From: Terriglobia bacterium
GTDB lineage: Bacteria > Acidobacteriota > Terriglobia > JAJPHL01 > JAPKYU01
Reading direction: 5' to 3'
NCBI GenBank assembly: GCA_965223005.1
Contig: CBDCVK010000003.1
Coordinates: 1-64,000 of the forward strand
DNA: 64,000 nt
Under the pieces are notes generated by a model. That model did no database searches. It had not been told where the DNA came from and worked only from the letters and a program-made list of their open reading frames with translations. Both the position numbers and the translations under genes were made by a program. This document shows positions 50,548 to 59,406 of this stretch, one piece after another (the first letter of the stretch is position 1; each line of letters starts with the position of its first letter).

Positions 50548-51720
50548 TCAGAACTCCTTCAACTGCTCGAGGTAGCCCTGGTAGTTGCGCTCGATTTCCC
50601 GGAGCGAGTCACCTCCGAACTTCTCCAGGAAGCAGCGGGCCACCACCAGCGCGACCATGGTCTCGCCGCCGACGCCCGCAGCCGGCACCACGCAGACATC
50701 CGAGCGCTCGTAGGCTGCCTGCGTCGACTCTTTGGTCACCAGGTCCACCGATTCCAGGGGACGGCGCAAGGTGGAAATGGGCTTGAGGTAGCCGCGCACG
50801 ACGATCTCCTGGCCGTTGCTGATGCCCCCTTCGATGCCGCCGGCCCGGTTGCTCTTGCGGGTAAACCCTGGCCGCCCCGCGTCGTAGCCGATGGGGTCCT
50901 GCACGGTGGAGCCGAAGGACAACGCGTTTTCGACGCCGCTGCCGATCTCCACGGCCTTCACCGCCTGCAGCGACACGAGCGCCTGGGCCAGCAGGCCGTC
51001 CAGCCGCTCGTCCCAGTTGGCGCAGGTCCCCAGGCCCGGCGGAACGCCGCAAGCGACGACCTCGAAGACACCGCCCACCGAATCACCGGTGCGCAAGGCC
51101 TTATCCACTTCGGCCTTCATTGCGGCTTCGGTCTCTGGATCCGCGCAGCGAAGCACCGGCTCCGGGCGCGTGGCCACCTGGCGAATCTGTTCGAAAGTGA
51201 CCGACTTGCGCAACACAACGCCCCCCACAGCGATGACGTGGCTCCAGACCTCGATGTGGAAGCAACGCAGCAACAACTTGGCCAGAGCGCCGGCGCCGAC
51301 CCGCGCTGCGCTTTCCCGCGCACTGGCCCGTTCCAGCACGAAGCGCGCGTCATGCAGATTGTATTTCAGGCAGCCGGCCAGGTCGGCGTGCCCCGGCCGC
51401 GGCGCAGTCAGCTTCCGTTGCTGCGACTCGGGAACCTCGCGCGCCTCCACTGGCAGGCTCTCTTTCCAATTTTCCCAGTCCCGGTTCCGGATCAGCATGG
51501 CCACCGGGGCGCCGATGGTGGAGCCGCGGCGCACGCCAGACAATATCTCGGCGGTATCCGTCTCGATCTTCATGCGCCCGCCGCGCCCGTAGCCGCCCTG
51601 GCGGCGGCGCAGCTCGGTATTAATGAATTCCAGGTCTATGGGAATGCCGGAGGGAAGCCCCTGGACCAGAGCCACCAGGCTCTGCCCGTGCGACTCGCCG
51701 GCGGTAGAAAAGCGTAGCAT
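50548..51720 (-). CDS. aroC: Chorismate synthase
   Basis: TAGESHG, RPGHAD, RASARE, GGIEGGISNG, ERSDVC. Confidence 0.97.
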   Translation of the reverse strand: MLRFSTAGESHGQSLVALVQGLPSGIPIDLEFINTELRRRQGGYGRGGRMKIETDTAEILSGVRRGSTIGAPVAMLIRNRDWENWKESLPVEAREVPESQQRKLTAPRPGHADLAGCLKYNLHDARFVLERASARESAARVGAGALAKLLLRCFHIEVWSHVIAVGGVVLRKSVTFEQIRQVATRPEPVLRCADPETEAAMKAEVDKALRTGDSVGGVFEVVACGVPPGLGTCANWDERLDGLLAQALVSLQAVKAVEIGSGVENALSFGSTVQDPIGYDAGRPGFTRKSNRAGGIEGGISNGQEIVVRGYLKPISTLRRPLESVDLVTKESTQAAYERSDVCVVPAAGVGGETMVALVVARCFLEKFGGDSLREIERNYQGYLEQLKEF

Positions 51721-51731
51721 CGGAAGACATG

Positions 51732-51795
51732 TGTCAGGTGTCAGGCGTGAGAACTATGAATGCCTGTTGGGCTCACGCCTACAACCTGACACCTG
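51732..51795. repeat. Heptamer-based hairpin (CAGGTGTCAGG...CCTGACACCTG with inner AGGCGTGAG/CTCACGCCT)
   Basis: Direct reading in the aroC / ABC transporter intergenic region. Confidence 0.7.
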
Positions 51796-51855
51796 CTACG
51801 AGCATTATACGTGCCACAGGCACTGGTTTGCAGGTATGCTATAAGTTCTGAAGTA

Positions 51856-52752
51856 ATGGGGCTGGGTACAATTGTCTGCCTTGTTGCCTGCGCTGCAGCG
51901 GCAATGCTCCCGCCGAGCGTCGCGGCGCGGGTGCTCACCGACCATATCGGCCGCCGGGTCGAGGTTCCCGACCACCCGCGGCGCATCGTATCGCTGGCGC
52001 CAAATCTTACTGAGACGCTGTTTGCCGTGGGGCTGGGCGACCGGGTTGTGGGTGTCACCGATTTCTGCGACTTTCCTTCCGAAGCCAGATCCAAGCCCAC
52101 GGTGGGCGGGGTCATCAACCCCAGCGTAGAAGTGGTGGTCAGTCTGAAGCCAGATCTGGTGCTAATCAGCCGCGAAGGGAACCGTCGTGAGACCATGACG
52201 GCGCTGGAGCGCCTGAGAATCCCCGTGTTCGCCGTGAGCGCAGAGCGGCTGGGGGACGTCTTTCGACTGATCCGCGACGTGGCGGCGATTGCAGGGGTAG
52301 CTGCTCGCGGCGAAGCGCTCGCCGATCGCTTGGAGCGGCAGGCTGCCGAGATCGAAGCAGCCGTCCGGCCCTACCCGCCGCGGCGCGTGGTGCTGCTGGT
52401 CTGGCTGCACCCGATTGTGAGCGTGGGGCGCGGCAGTTTCCTGGACGACCTGCTGCGCCGCACCGGCGCGGTTTCCATCTCTGCCGACACTGCCCAGCCC
52501 TGGCCGCGCCTGTCGGTAGAGCAAGTGGTGCGGAGCAATCCTGAATTCCTCCTGGTGCCGCGCTCCCCAAGCTTCGCGCCTACCCGCGAGCAGTTGCTCC
52601 GCCTGCCCGGTTGGAGGGAGCTGCCGGCCGTGCAGCAAGGGCGCATCATCTACGTGCCCTGGGACGTGGAGCGCCCCGGGCCTCGGCTGGTCGAGATGCA
52701 ACAGTTGCTTGCTCGGGCACTGCATCCGGAGGCGTTTGCGACGAAACCATGA
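51856..52752 (+). CDS. Cobalamin/iron-chelate ABC transporter substrate-binding protein (BtuF-like)
   Basis: RRIVSLAPNLTE.LFA, VVGVT.FCDFP, RPGPRL. Confidence 0.88.
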   Translation: MGLGTIVCLVACAAAAMLPPSVAARVLTDHIGRRVEVPDHPRRIVSLAPNLTETLFAVGLGDRVVGVTDFCDFPSEARSKPTVGGVINPSVEVVVSLKPDLVLISREGNRRETMTALERLRIPVFAVSAERLGDVFRLIRDVAAIAGVAARGEALADRLERQAAEIEAAVRPYPPRRVVLLVWLHPIVSVGRGSFLDDLLRRTGAVSISADTAQPWPRLSVEQVVRSNPEFLLVPRSPSFAPTREQLLRLPGWRELPAVQQGRIIYVPWDVERPGPRLVEMQQLLARALHPEAFATKP

Positions 52753-53753
52753 TTCTCACCCGCGGTCGCGTGGTCTGGACGTCGCTCGCCGTGCTGGGCG
52801 CGGCCGTCGTGGTGACGCTTGTGGCTCTGCTGCTGGGCTCCAGCGTGACGTTTACTCCTAGCGACGTGCTGGACGCGGTGCGCGATCGGAAGAGCACGCT
52901 GGGCGTGATCTTGTTTGACCTCCGCGTGCCGCGCGTGCTGCTGGCCTTGATCGTGGGGGCTGCTTTGTCGATGGCCGGCGCCTGCTACCAGGCCTTGCTC
53001 CGTAACCCGTTGGCAGAGCCCTACGTCCTGGGAATCTCCAGCGGAGCGGCCCTGGGCGTGATTCTGTTCTTGGTTGTAGCACCCGCCTGGCAACAGGGCA
53101 AGCCGCTGGCCGGGTTGCTGGGAGCTCTAGTCACCACCGGCATCGTCTATCTCTTGGGCTTCCGACGCGGGCGCGCGAGCGGGCAGTCGTTGCTGTTGGC
53201 CGGCGTGATTGTCGCTTCGTTCCTCTCGGCTGTGATTGTGTGCTTGATGACCATGCTGCCCAGCCGCAACCTGCGCGGCACGGCGATCTGGCTGATGGGG
53301 GACCTGGGGTTGTTCAACGACGGCCTGATCTCTGTTCTGATCTGGTGCCTGCTGCCAGTGTTGGTCGCCGGCATGGTCGCCTACTGGTTTGCTGCCGAGC
53401 TGAACCTTCTGTTGGTGGGCGAAGAAGAAGCCGCCGCACTGGGAGTGGATGTCCCACGGGTCAAGCTGGCCGTCTTCGTGGCCGCCAGCGCCCTGACGGC
53501 GGTGGCCGTTGCTCACGCCGGCGCCATCGGCTTTCTGGGCCTTCTGGTGCCGCACTTGGTGCGATTGCTGCTCGGCAATGACTACCGGCTGTTACTGCCG
53601 GTGGCGGCCCTCGCGGGCGCTGTCCTGCTGGTGGCAGCCGATACCGCCGCACGCACTGTGGCTGCCCCTACCGAGTTGCCCGTCGGCGCCTTCACGGCGC
53701 TGGCGGGAGCGCCGTTGTTCATCTACCTGCTGCGCCGGAAGCTGGCCGAATGA
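52749..53753 (+). CDS. FecCD/BtuC family ABC permease
   Basis: RVPRV, RNPLAEPY.LG.SSGA, IGFLGLLVPH, ELPVG. Confidence 0.92.
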   Translation: MILTRGRVVWTSLAVLGAAVVVTLVALLLGSSVTFTPSDVLDAVRDRKSTLGVILFDLRVPRVLLALIVGAALSMAGACYQALLRNPLAEPYVLGISSGAALGVILFLVVAPAWQQGKPLAGLLGALVTTGIVYLLGFRRGRASGQSLLLAGVIVASFLSAVIVCLMTMLPSRNLRGTAIWLMGDLGLFNDGLISVLIWCLLPVLVAGMVAYWFAAELNLLLVGEEEAAALGVDVPRVKLAVFVAASALTAVAVAHAGAIGFLGLLVPHLVRLLLGNDYRLLLPVAALAGAVLLVAADTAARTVAAPTELPVGAFTALAGAPLFIYLLRRKLAE

Positions 53754-54598
53754 CGACCGCTCCCGCTCGCCGGCTCTTGCTGGACATCAATTCGGTGGAG
53801 TTTGCCTATCGAGCGCCGCGTCGGCGGGGCGGGCTGGACGGCTCCCAGGACGGAAGGTTTCGTCTGGGACCGCTCAGCTTCAACATCTACGCGGGAGATT
53901 TTCTGGCCATCATCGGACCCAACGGCAGCGGCAAAACCACATTGTTGCGCCTAATGGCCGGCCTCCTGCGCCCGGCGCACGGCGACGTCAGCTTTGCCGG
54001 GAGCGAAATTTCGCTGCTCGAGCCGCGCGAACGCGCCCGGCGGATCGCCGTAGTGCGCCAGGAAGCACCGCTGGTGTTCCCCAGCACCGTGGAGCAGTTC
54101 GTCCTGCTCGGCCGCTATCCTTACGCCGGCCGCTTCGGTTTCGAGCGCGAAGAAGATGCGCGCATGGCGCGCCTGGCCATGGAGGCCACGCACATCTGCT
54201 CGATGGCGCATCGCCGCATGGACGAGATTTCCGGCGGGGAGCGCCAGCGCGCGGTGCTGGCGCGCGCTCTGGCTCAGGAACCGGAACTGTTGCTGCTGGA
54301 CGAGCCCACCGCCAACCTGGACATCAGTTTCCAGGTGGAATTGCTGCGCTTGATCCGCCGTCAGGCCTCTCAGTATGAGTTCGGGGTGGTGACGGTGATG
54401 CACGAAGTCAACCTGGCTTCCGAGTTCGCCGACTACCTGATGCTGCTTCGCGCCGGCAGAGTCTTTTGCTCGGGAACGCCAGAGGAAGTCCTCACTAGGC
54501 CCGCGCTCGAAGAAGTGTATGGCGTGCCGATCCGCATTGACCGCAACCCGTTCAGCGGACGCCCTCACGTGACCGTGATCGCCTCCGCCTCCCTCTAG
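53750..54598 (+). CDS. ABC ATP-binding protein (FepC/BtuD-like)
   Basis: GPNGSGKTT, SGGERQR, LLLDEPT. Confidence 0.93.
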   Translation: MTTAPARRLLLDINSVEFAYRAPRRRGGLDGSQDGRFRLGPLSFNIYAGDFLAIIGPNGSGKTTLLRLMAGLLRPAHGDVSFAGSEISLLEPRERARRIAVVRQEAPLVFPSTVEQFVLLGRYPYAGRFGFEREEDARMARLAMEATHICSMAHRRMDEISGGERQRAVLARALAQEPELLLLDEPTANLDISFQVELLRLIRRQASQYEFGVVTVMHEVNLASEFADYLMLLRAGRVFCSGTPEEVLTRPALEEVYGVPIRIDRNPFSGRPHVTVIASASL

Positions 54599-54713
54599 CA
54601 GGCTGCTGGACCCAAGAAGGCTTCCACAGGCTGAAGCCTGTGCCACTCTTTAACAACTTGCGAGTTGGCGGTGGCCCAGACTTCAGTCTGTGCAGGAGTT
54701 TTTCAGCATCCTG
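54599..54713. mobile_element. MITE-like element enclosing an inverted REP pair
   Basis: Ends CAGGCTGCTG / CAGCATCCTG flanked by CTAG / CAAG; internal CACAGGCTGAAGCCTGTGCCAC (54625-54646) and GTGGCCCAGACTTCAGTCTGTG (54671-54692). Confidence 0.7.
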
Positions 54714-54755
54714 CAAGCAGCAGCGTAGGGGCTCCGGACTGCCGAGAGGCAGACC

Positions 54756-55010
54756 TTACTTCCGTTTTTTGCGTCGGGTTTGCTTACCGAAACTCTCGAG
54801 TTGGGACGCCAGCTTGTCCAATTTCCGAGAGGCCGACCGCATTAACAGCACGGACCGGCCCTGCGCCTTCGTTTGCATTTCGATCCCTTTGCGCACTATC
54901 GTTCGCGCCTCTTTTTCAAGACGCCCCAGCGCAGCGCCCAGCTCTGCTCCGGTCGATAGCGCAACCCGTTCTATTTCCTTTTCTAGGCTCTTTCTTTTCC
55001 TGGTTGGCAT
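54756..55010 (-). CDS. Small basic helical hypothetical protein (84 aa)
   Basis: GGAG SD, MPTRKRKSLEKEIERVALSTGAELG..; overlaps the tail of the TPR gene. Confidence 0.55.
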   Translation of the reverse strand: MPTRKRKSLEKEIERVALSTGAELGAALGRLEKEARTIVRKGIEMQTKAQGRSVLLMRSASRKLDKLASQLESFGKQTRRKKRK

Positions 55011-56214
55011 ATGCACTCCATTCAACAGATTCGCACTCGCCGGAGCCGCCCCCCGGCGCTGCCCCGGACGCGCAGGGATTGCCCCTGGCAGACTGGTCTG
55101 AGCTGGTGGCCCTCTGGAGAACCTGGCGGGCCAACTGCAGGGCACGGCCGCGCAGCATGTTAGCTTTCTCCAGCCGCGCGGGATCGGTACGCAAGGCTGG
55201 TTGGGCGGCCAAGGCGCGGTACATGGCGGTCAGCGCTTCCTGTTGGCGTCCAGTGGCCTCGAGCGCAGCGGCCAGCACCACCTGGAAGGTTTCATGTCCT
55301 GGCGCCAGTTCGGTACTGCGGCGGGCATAGCCGAGCGCTTCCTGGGACTGATTCTTCTCCAGCAGCACCAGAGCGGCGCAGTTATGGTGGAATGGGTTCT
55401 TCGGCTGCTGGTTAGCAGCGCGGCCACCGTGGGTCAGCGCGCCGTTGTAGTCCCCGGTGGCATAGAGTGCCAGGCAAAGCTGTCCGTGCGCCTCGGCCAA
55501 GTTAGGCTCGATTTTCAGGGCCTGCCGCAACTCCTGGACTGCCTCGTCGGGCCGGCCGGTCAGCGTGAGCAACATCCCCAAATGGCCGCGGGGCTGTGCC
55601 CATCCCGGGCGCTGTTGGGCGACCCGGCGAAGGACCTCAGCCGCTTCGGTCAGTTCGGCGTTGCCTAGCAGGTGGAGGCCAAGCTGGTACCCAGCCTCGG
55701 AAAACCGCGGGACTAGCTTGACGGATTGGCGCAGATAGCGGATGCGTTCGGTTTCGTCGGTGCCGATCATTCCCAGATAGTAGAACACCACCGAGCGCCG
55801 ATCGGGCTTCAGGCGGGGAGCGATGCTCTGAAGCTGCCGCTGGCATTCCGGCAGCACCTGCTTCCAGGCGGCCTCCGCCGCCGCAGCCGAGGGGTTGTTC
55901 AAAACGCCGGCTGTCTGCTCACTCGATCTTAGTTCACCATTCATCGCGTAGGCGGCGCCTAGCAGGCATTTGGCGCGTTGAGCCTCCAGCGAGGCCGCGG
56001 ATTTGCTGGCTGCAGGGCGCAGCAGCCGGATAGCCCCCTCCGCGTCGCTCGCGGCCATGCGTTCCAGTGCGATCTGCAACACGTTCGGCGCCGGGTCCTC
56101 CCTCGACTGGGTGGTCACGCCCTGGCCGGCTGCCTGGGCACGCACGAGACTGACGTGCGGTGTAAGCAGGAGCTGCTGGACAAGGACCAGGGCCAGGAGT
56201 ATTTTGAGGGACAT
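54916..56214 (-). CDS. Exported TPR repeat protein
   Basis: Signal peptide; repeated TPR consensus (LG.LL..GR..EA...LRQALKIEP..AEAH..L). Confidence 0.8.
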   Translation of the reverse strand: MSLKILLALVLVQQLLLTPHVSLVRAQAAGQGVTTQSREDPAPNVLQIALERMAASDAEGAIRLLRPAASKSAASLEAQRAKCLLGAAYAMNGELRSSEQTAGVLNNPSAAAAEAAWKQVLPECQRQLQSIAPRLKPDRRSVVFYYLGMIGTDETERIRYLRQSVKLVPRFSEAGYQLGLHLLGNAELTEAAEVLRRVAQQRPGWAQPRGHLGMLLTLTGRPDEAVQELRQALKIEPNLAEAHGQLCLALYATGDYNGALTHGGRAANQQPKNPFHHNCAALVLLEKNQSQEALGYARRSTELAPGHETFQVVLAAALEATGRQQEALTAMYRALAAQPALRTDPARLEKANMLRGRALQLARQVLQRATSSDQSARGNPCASGAAPGGGSGECESVEWSAYANQEKKEPRKGNRTGCAIDRSRAGRCAGAS

Positions 56215-56270
56215 CACAGTGATTGTATCTGGGTGTGGCTGGGGGCGCACGGATTTTCTGGACGGCAGGT

Positions 56271-56972
56271 ATGGACAAGAAAGGCAACTCTGCGGCGGAC
56301 CGCGAGCAACTTCCGCCGATCACATTATTCGGAAAGCGAATGAAGTCGACGGGGACGGCGTCAGAACCGCCGCCCGGTCCGGCTCGGCACATCGGGGCAA
56401 GGCGCGGCAGCGAAGACGCCGAGGGACGCCGCGTGTTCTGGGTGGCCGTCGGGGTCTTTGCCCTGGTTTTGCTGGCTGCTCTTCTGGGACCCCGACTCCT
56501 GCACCAGCCCCGACTCCTGCACCAGAAAGACGGGATCCGGGTTGGTCCCCCAGTTGACGGCCCAGTTGATGGCCCAGTTGACGGATTGACGCAGCCCTTA
56601 GCAGAAACGGCGGCGCCACAACTTGAAGCTTCGGAGGCTGAAGCCTCAGAGGGAGCCGCGCCGCTTCCTCCACAGCCCGCTGCAACGGCCATTGCACCGG
56701 AGGACACGTCGGCCGATTCAGCCCCGGCGCTGGCGCCTGCCACAGATGAGGCCAAGCCCGGTGGCGGCAAACCGGCCCGAGCACAAGCAGGCTCGACGAC
56801 GACAAGTCCCACGCCGGCCGAAGTCAGAGCGGCGGGGCGGCCGGCTCAGGGCAAGACACAGGCACCGCGTCGTCCCCCGCGTGACGAAGCTTACATCCGG
56901 CGGCTGCGCGAGCGGATGCAGCAGTATGAACGCGAGAAGGCACAGGGCAAGTACCAGGAGTCTCCCCAATAG
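56271..56972 (+). CDS. Single-TM Pro/Ala-rich hypothetical protein with internal tandem repeats
   Basis: TM VFWVAVGVFALVLLAALLG; PRLLHQ x2, PVDG x3; stop overlaps next start. Confidence 0.6.
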   Translation: MDKKGNSAADREQLPPITLFGKRMKSTGTASEPPPGPARHIGARRGSEDAEGRRVFWVAVGVFALVLLAALLGPRLLHQPRLLHQKDGIRVGPPVDGPVDGPVDGLTQPLAETAAPQLEASEAEASEGAAPLPPQPAATAIAPEDTSADSAPALAPATDEAKPGGGKPARAQAGSTTTSPTPAEVRAAGRPAQGKTQAPRRPPRDEAYIRRLRERMQQYEREKAQGKYQESPQ

Positions 56973-57565
56973 TGCTACCGTTTACACGACGCATTCATAC
57001 TGCGATCGACCTGGCCGCCAGCGCCCATCGTGATCAGGCCCGAAAGGACCGCGACCGCCCCATCCCCTACGTGGCCCACCTCTTCGGCGTCGCCTGCCTG
57101 CTGGCAGAGTTCGGCTTTGATGAAGACGTCTTCGTGGCCGGATTACTGCACGACGTGCTGGAAGACCAGCCCGCCTACGGGCAAGATGTGGAGGGTTTCG
57201 GGGAGCGCGTGGTCAGCCTGGTGCGTGCGGTCACCGAACGCAAGCTTGATGCAGCCGGCGAGGAACGGCCCTGGGCAGTGCGCAAGAGCGAATACATTGA
57301 GCATCTGCGCTCCGCCCCGGCCGAGGCCAAGGCCATCTCCTGCGCCGACAAGATTCACAACATGCAGTCCATCCTGCTGGCGCTGGAGCGCGGCGCCCAG
57401 ATTTGGGGAGAAATGAAGGCCCCGCCCGATCAGCAACTGGACCGCTATCGCCGCCTGCGCGCCGCTCTGGCTGACGGGTGGCAGCATCCCATCCTGGTGC
57501 GGTTTGACGCGATTCTCGCCGAACTAGAGCGCCGCGTGCAACAAACCACCTCCCCGCAGGCCTGA
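56972..57565 (+). CDS. HD domain protein, Mesh1/small alarmone hydrolase-like
   Basis: AH.DQARK..PYVAH, AGLLHDVLED, ADKIHN. Confidence 0.85.
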   Translation: MLPFTRRIHTAIDLAASAHRDQARKDRDRPIPYVAHLFGVACLLAEFGFDEDVFVAGLLHDVLEDQPAYGQDVEGFGERVVSLVRAVTERKLDAAGEERPWAVRKSEYIEHLRSAPAEAKAISCADKIHNMQSILLALERGAQIWGEMKAPPDQQLDRYRRLRAALADGWQHPILVRFDAILAELERRVQQTTSPQA

Positions 57566-57601
57566 CAACTTTCAGCCGAATTTCCGCTTATACTAGTAAG
57601 T

Positions 57602-58066
57602 ATGCTGTGGCGGACGCTCTGCTCCGGACTCCTGCTGGCGATGGCCGCGGGCGCCTGGGCTGCCACTCCCGAGAAAAAGGCGCCTGCCGGAAAGGCATTG
57701 GAGAAACCCACCGCCGTCCTCACCGGCCAGCTGGCGCACCAGGGGCGCGCGCCAGTCCTGAAGGTGCCAGTCCGGGGAGGGGGGGAGGTCAAGACTTACA
57801 GGTTGGTTCCCTCCGACGAGTACACCAGAGCGTTGCTGGGTGACAACCGCATCGGCGGTTGGGAACTGCGCGTGGAGGGTCGCTGGAAGAGCAAGGACAC
57901 CTTCCAGGTGGAGCGGCTCTTCAGCGTGCGCGACGGGCGGCTTCACAAGGTGACTTACTTCTGCCACATCTGCAACATCACTTCGTATAAGCCGGGCCGC
58001 TGCGACTGCTGCCAGGAGCCCACCGAAGTCCGCGAGGTGCCCCACGACCCCGAGGGCATCCACTAA
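57602..58066 (+). CDS. Exported protein with C-terminal Cys-rich metal-binding motif
   Basis: Signal peptide; YFCHIC..KPGRCDCCQ. Confidence 0.7.
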   Translation: MLWRTLCSGLLLAMAAGAWAATPEKKAPAGKALEKPTAVLTGQLAHQGRAPVLKVPVRGGGEVKTYRLVPSDEYTRALLGDNRIGGWELRVEGRWKSKDTFQVERLFSVRDGRLHKVTYFCHICNITSYKPGRCDCCQEPTEVREVPHDPEGIH

Positions 58067-58446
58067 GATTGCCCGGCCAGCGCAATCAGATCTATCTCCA
58101 CTTTCACGTCGAACGCCAGCCGGGCGATCTCCACAGTGGCACGCGCCGGCGGCTGGCTGGGGAAGTAGCGCGCGTAGACTTTATTCATCTCGGCGAACTC
58201 CTTGAGGTCTTTCAGGTAGACATTCACCTTGACTACCCGCTCCATGCTGGAGCCGGCCGCCTTCACAATCGCGGACAGGTTCTTCATCACCTGCTCGGTC
58301 TGGACGGCGATATCGCCTTCGACCACCTTGCCCGAAGAATCCAGTGGCATCTGGCCACTGACAAACACGAAGCCATTCGCCTCTACAACCTGGGAATAGG
58401 GACCCACAGCTGGAGGCGCATCCGGGGAAGAAATGATTCGTTTCAT
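58063..58446 (-). CDS. ridA: RidA family reactive intermediate deaminase
   Basis: GPYSQ, FVSGQ, MNKVY, PARATV, VEID. Confidence 0.92.
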   Translation of the reverse strand: MKRIISSPDAPPAVGPYSQVVEANGFVFVSGQMPLDSSGKVVEGDIAVQTEQVMKNLSAIVKAAGSSMERVVKVNVYLKDLKEFAEMNKVYARYFPSQPPARATVEIARLAFDVKVEIDLIALAGQS

Positions 58447-58626
58447 GGCGCGCTATTAAAGCATAGAACAGGGTGAACCGCTATCTTTTGACGAGCCGAA
58501 CGTCCGCGGTAGGGAAGCGGGGCATTCGCCCTTGTGCCTGCAGCCGGTTCGGCGGTAAAATTTATTATGCGGCGGTCAACCCTCTCACAGGTGCAGGGCA
58601 GTCGTGTATTCCGAGGAGACTTCTGC

Positions 58627-59208
58627 ATGCTGCAGGAAAAACGGACCCTGGCGTTGCTGGCGAGCCTGATCCTTGGGCTCGTGCTGGCGGCTACCCCGGC
58701 GCTGGGTCAGATCAAAGCGGCGGACCCGAAGGCCCCGAAGAAACTAGCGCCCTATGTGCCTTCCCCGGAAACGGTAGTGGAGAGGATGCTGAAGCTGGCC
58801 GAGGTCAAGCCAGGCGATATTGTCTACGACCTGGGGTCGGGGGACGGGCGGATCCTCATCATAGCCGCCCAGAAATTCGGCGCGCAGGCGGTCGGCGTGG
58901 AGATGGACAAGAAGCTGCACAAGGAAGCCTTAGAACGCATCCAGCAATTAAAGCTGGAAGACAGGGTGAAGGTGATCCACGGCGATCTGATGAAGGTGGA
59001 TGTGAGCCAGGCCACGGTGGTTACCCTCTACCTGTTGACCAGCTCCAACGAGAAGCTGAAACCAAAACTGGAGAAGCACCTGCAGAAGGGCGCGCGCGTC
59101 GTCTCACACGATTTCAAAGTTCCCGGCTGGCGCGCGGAGAAGATCGAAAACATGAGCCAGGGCGAGAGCCAATTCCATCAGCACACCCTCTACCTCTACC
59201 GCCGGTAA
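58627..59208 (+). CDS. Class I methyltransferase with signal peptide (FAM173/DOT1-like fold)
   Basis: AGGAG SD; APYVPSP, YDLGSGDGR, VVTLYL, RVVSHDF. Confidence 0.85.
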   Translation: MLQEKRTLALLASLILGLVLAATPALGQIKAADPKAPKKLAPYVPSPETVVERMLKLAEVKPGDIVYDLGSGDGRILIIAAQKFGAQAVGVEMDKKLHKEALERIQQLKLEDRVKVIHGDLMKVDVSQATVVTLYLLTSSNEKLKPKLEKHLQKGARVVSHDFKVPGWRAEKIENMSQGESQFHQHTLYLYRR

Positions 59209-59406
59209 ATTGCTCCGCGTTTGGGTCGCGGGACGCGTCTGCTCCACGTCGCCCGTGAGATAGGCTTGGTCCGGCGCTCAACCCCCGCGCTCAACCTCCG
59301 CCGCTCAACCAAGGTTCTCTTCCTCACGCGGGCATAGAAGAATTCCCTTCCGAAAAGGCTTTTCGCAAGAGACTATAGTGGCCGAATCGCACACTGGGAG
59401 GAAGCA

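Noticed and set aside
50269-51717. Long antisense ORFs (also 39211-40473, 36120-37160, 19984-21036, 44210-45067)
   Set aside because: Shadow frames of well-supported genes in GC-rich DNA
51721-51855. Cobalamin riboswitch upstream of the BtuF-like gene
   Set aside because: Spacer is short, is occupied by a heptamer hairpin, and has no recognisable B12 box
56972-57565. toxSAS-SAH toxin-antitoxin pair
   Set aside because: Neither neighbour has alarmone-synthetase motifs
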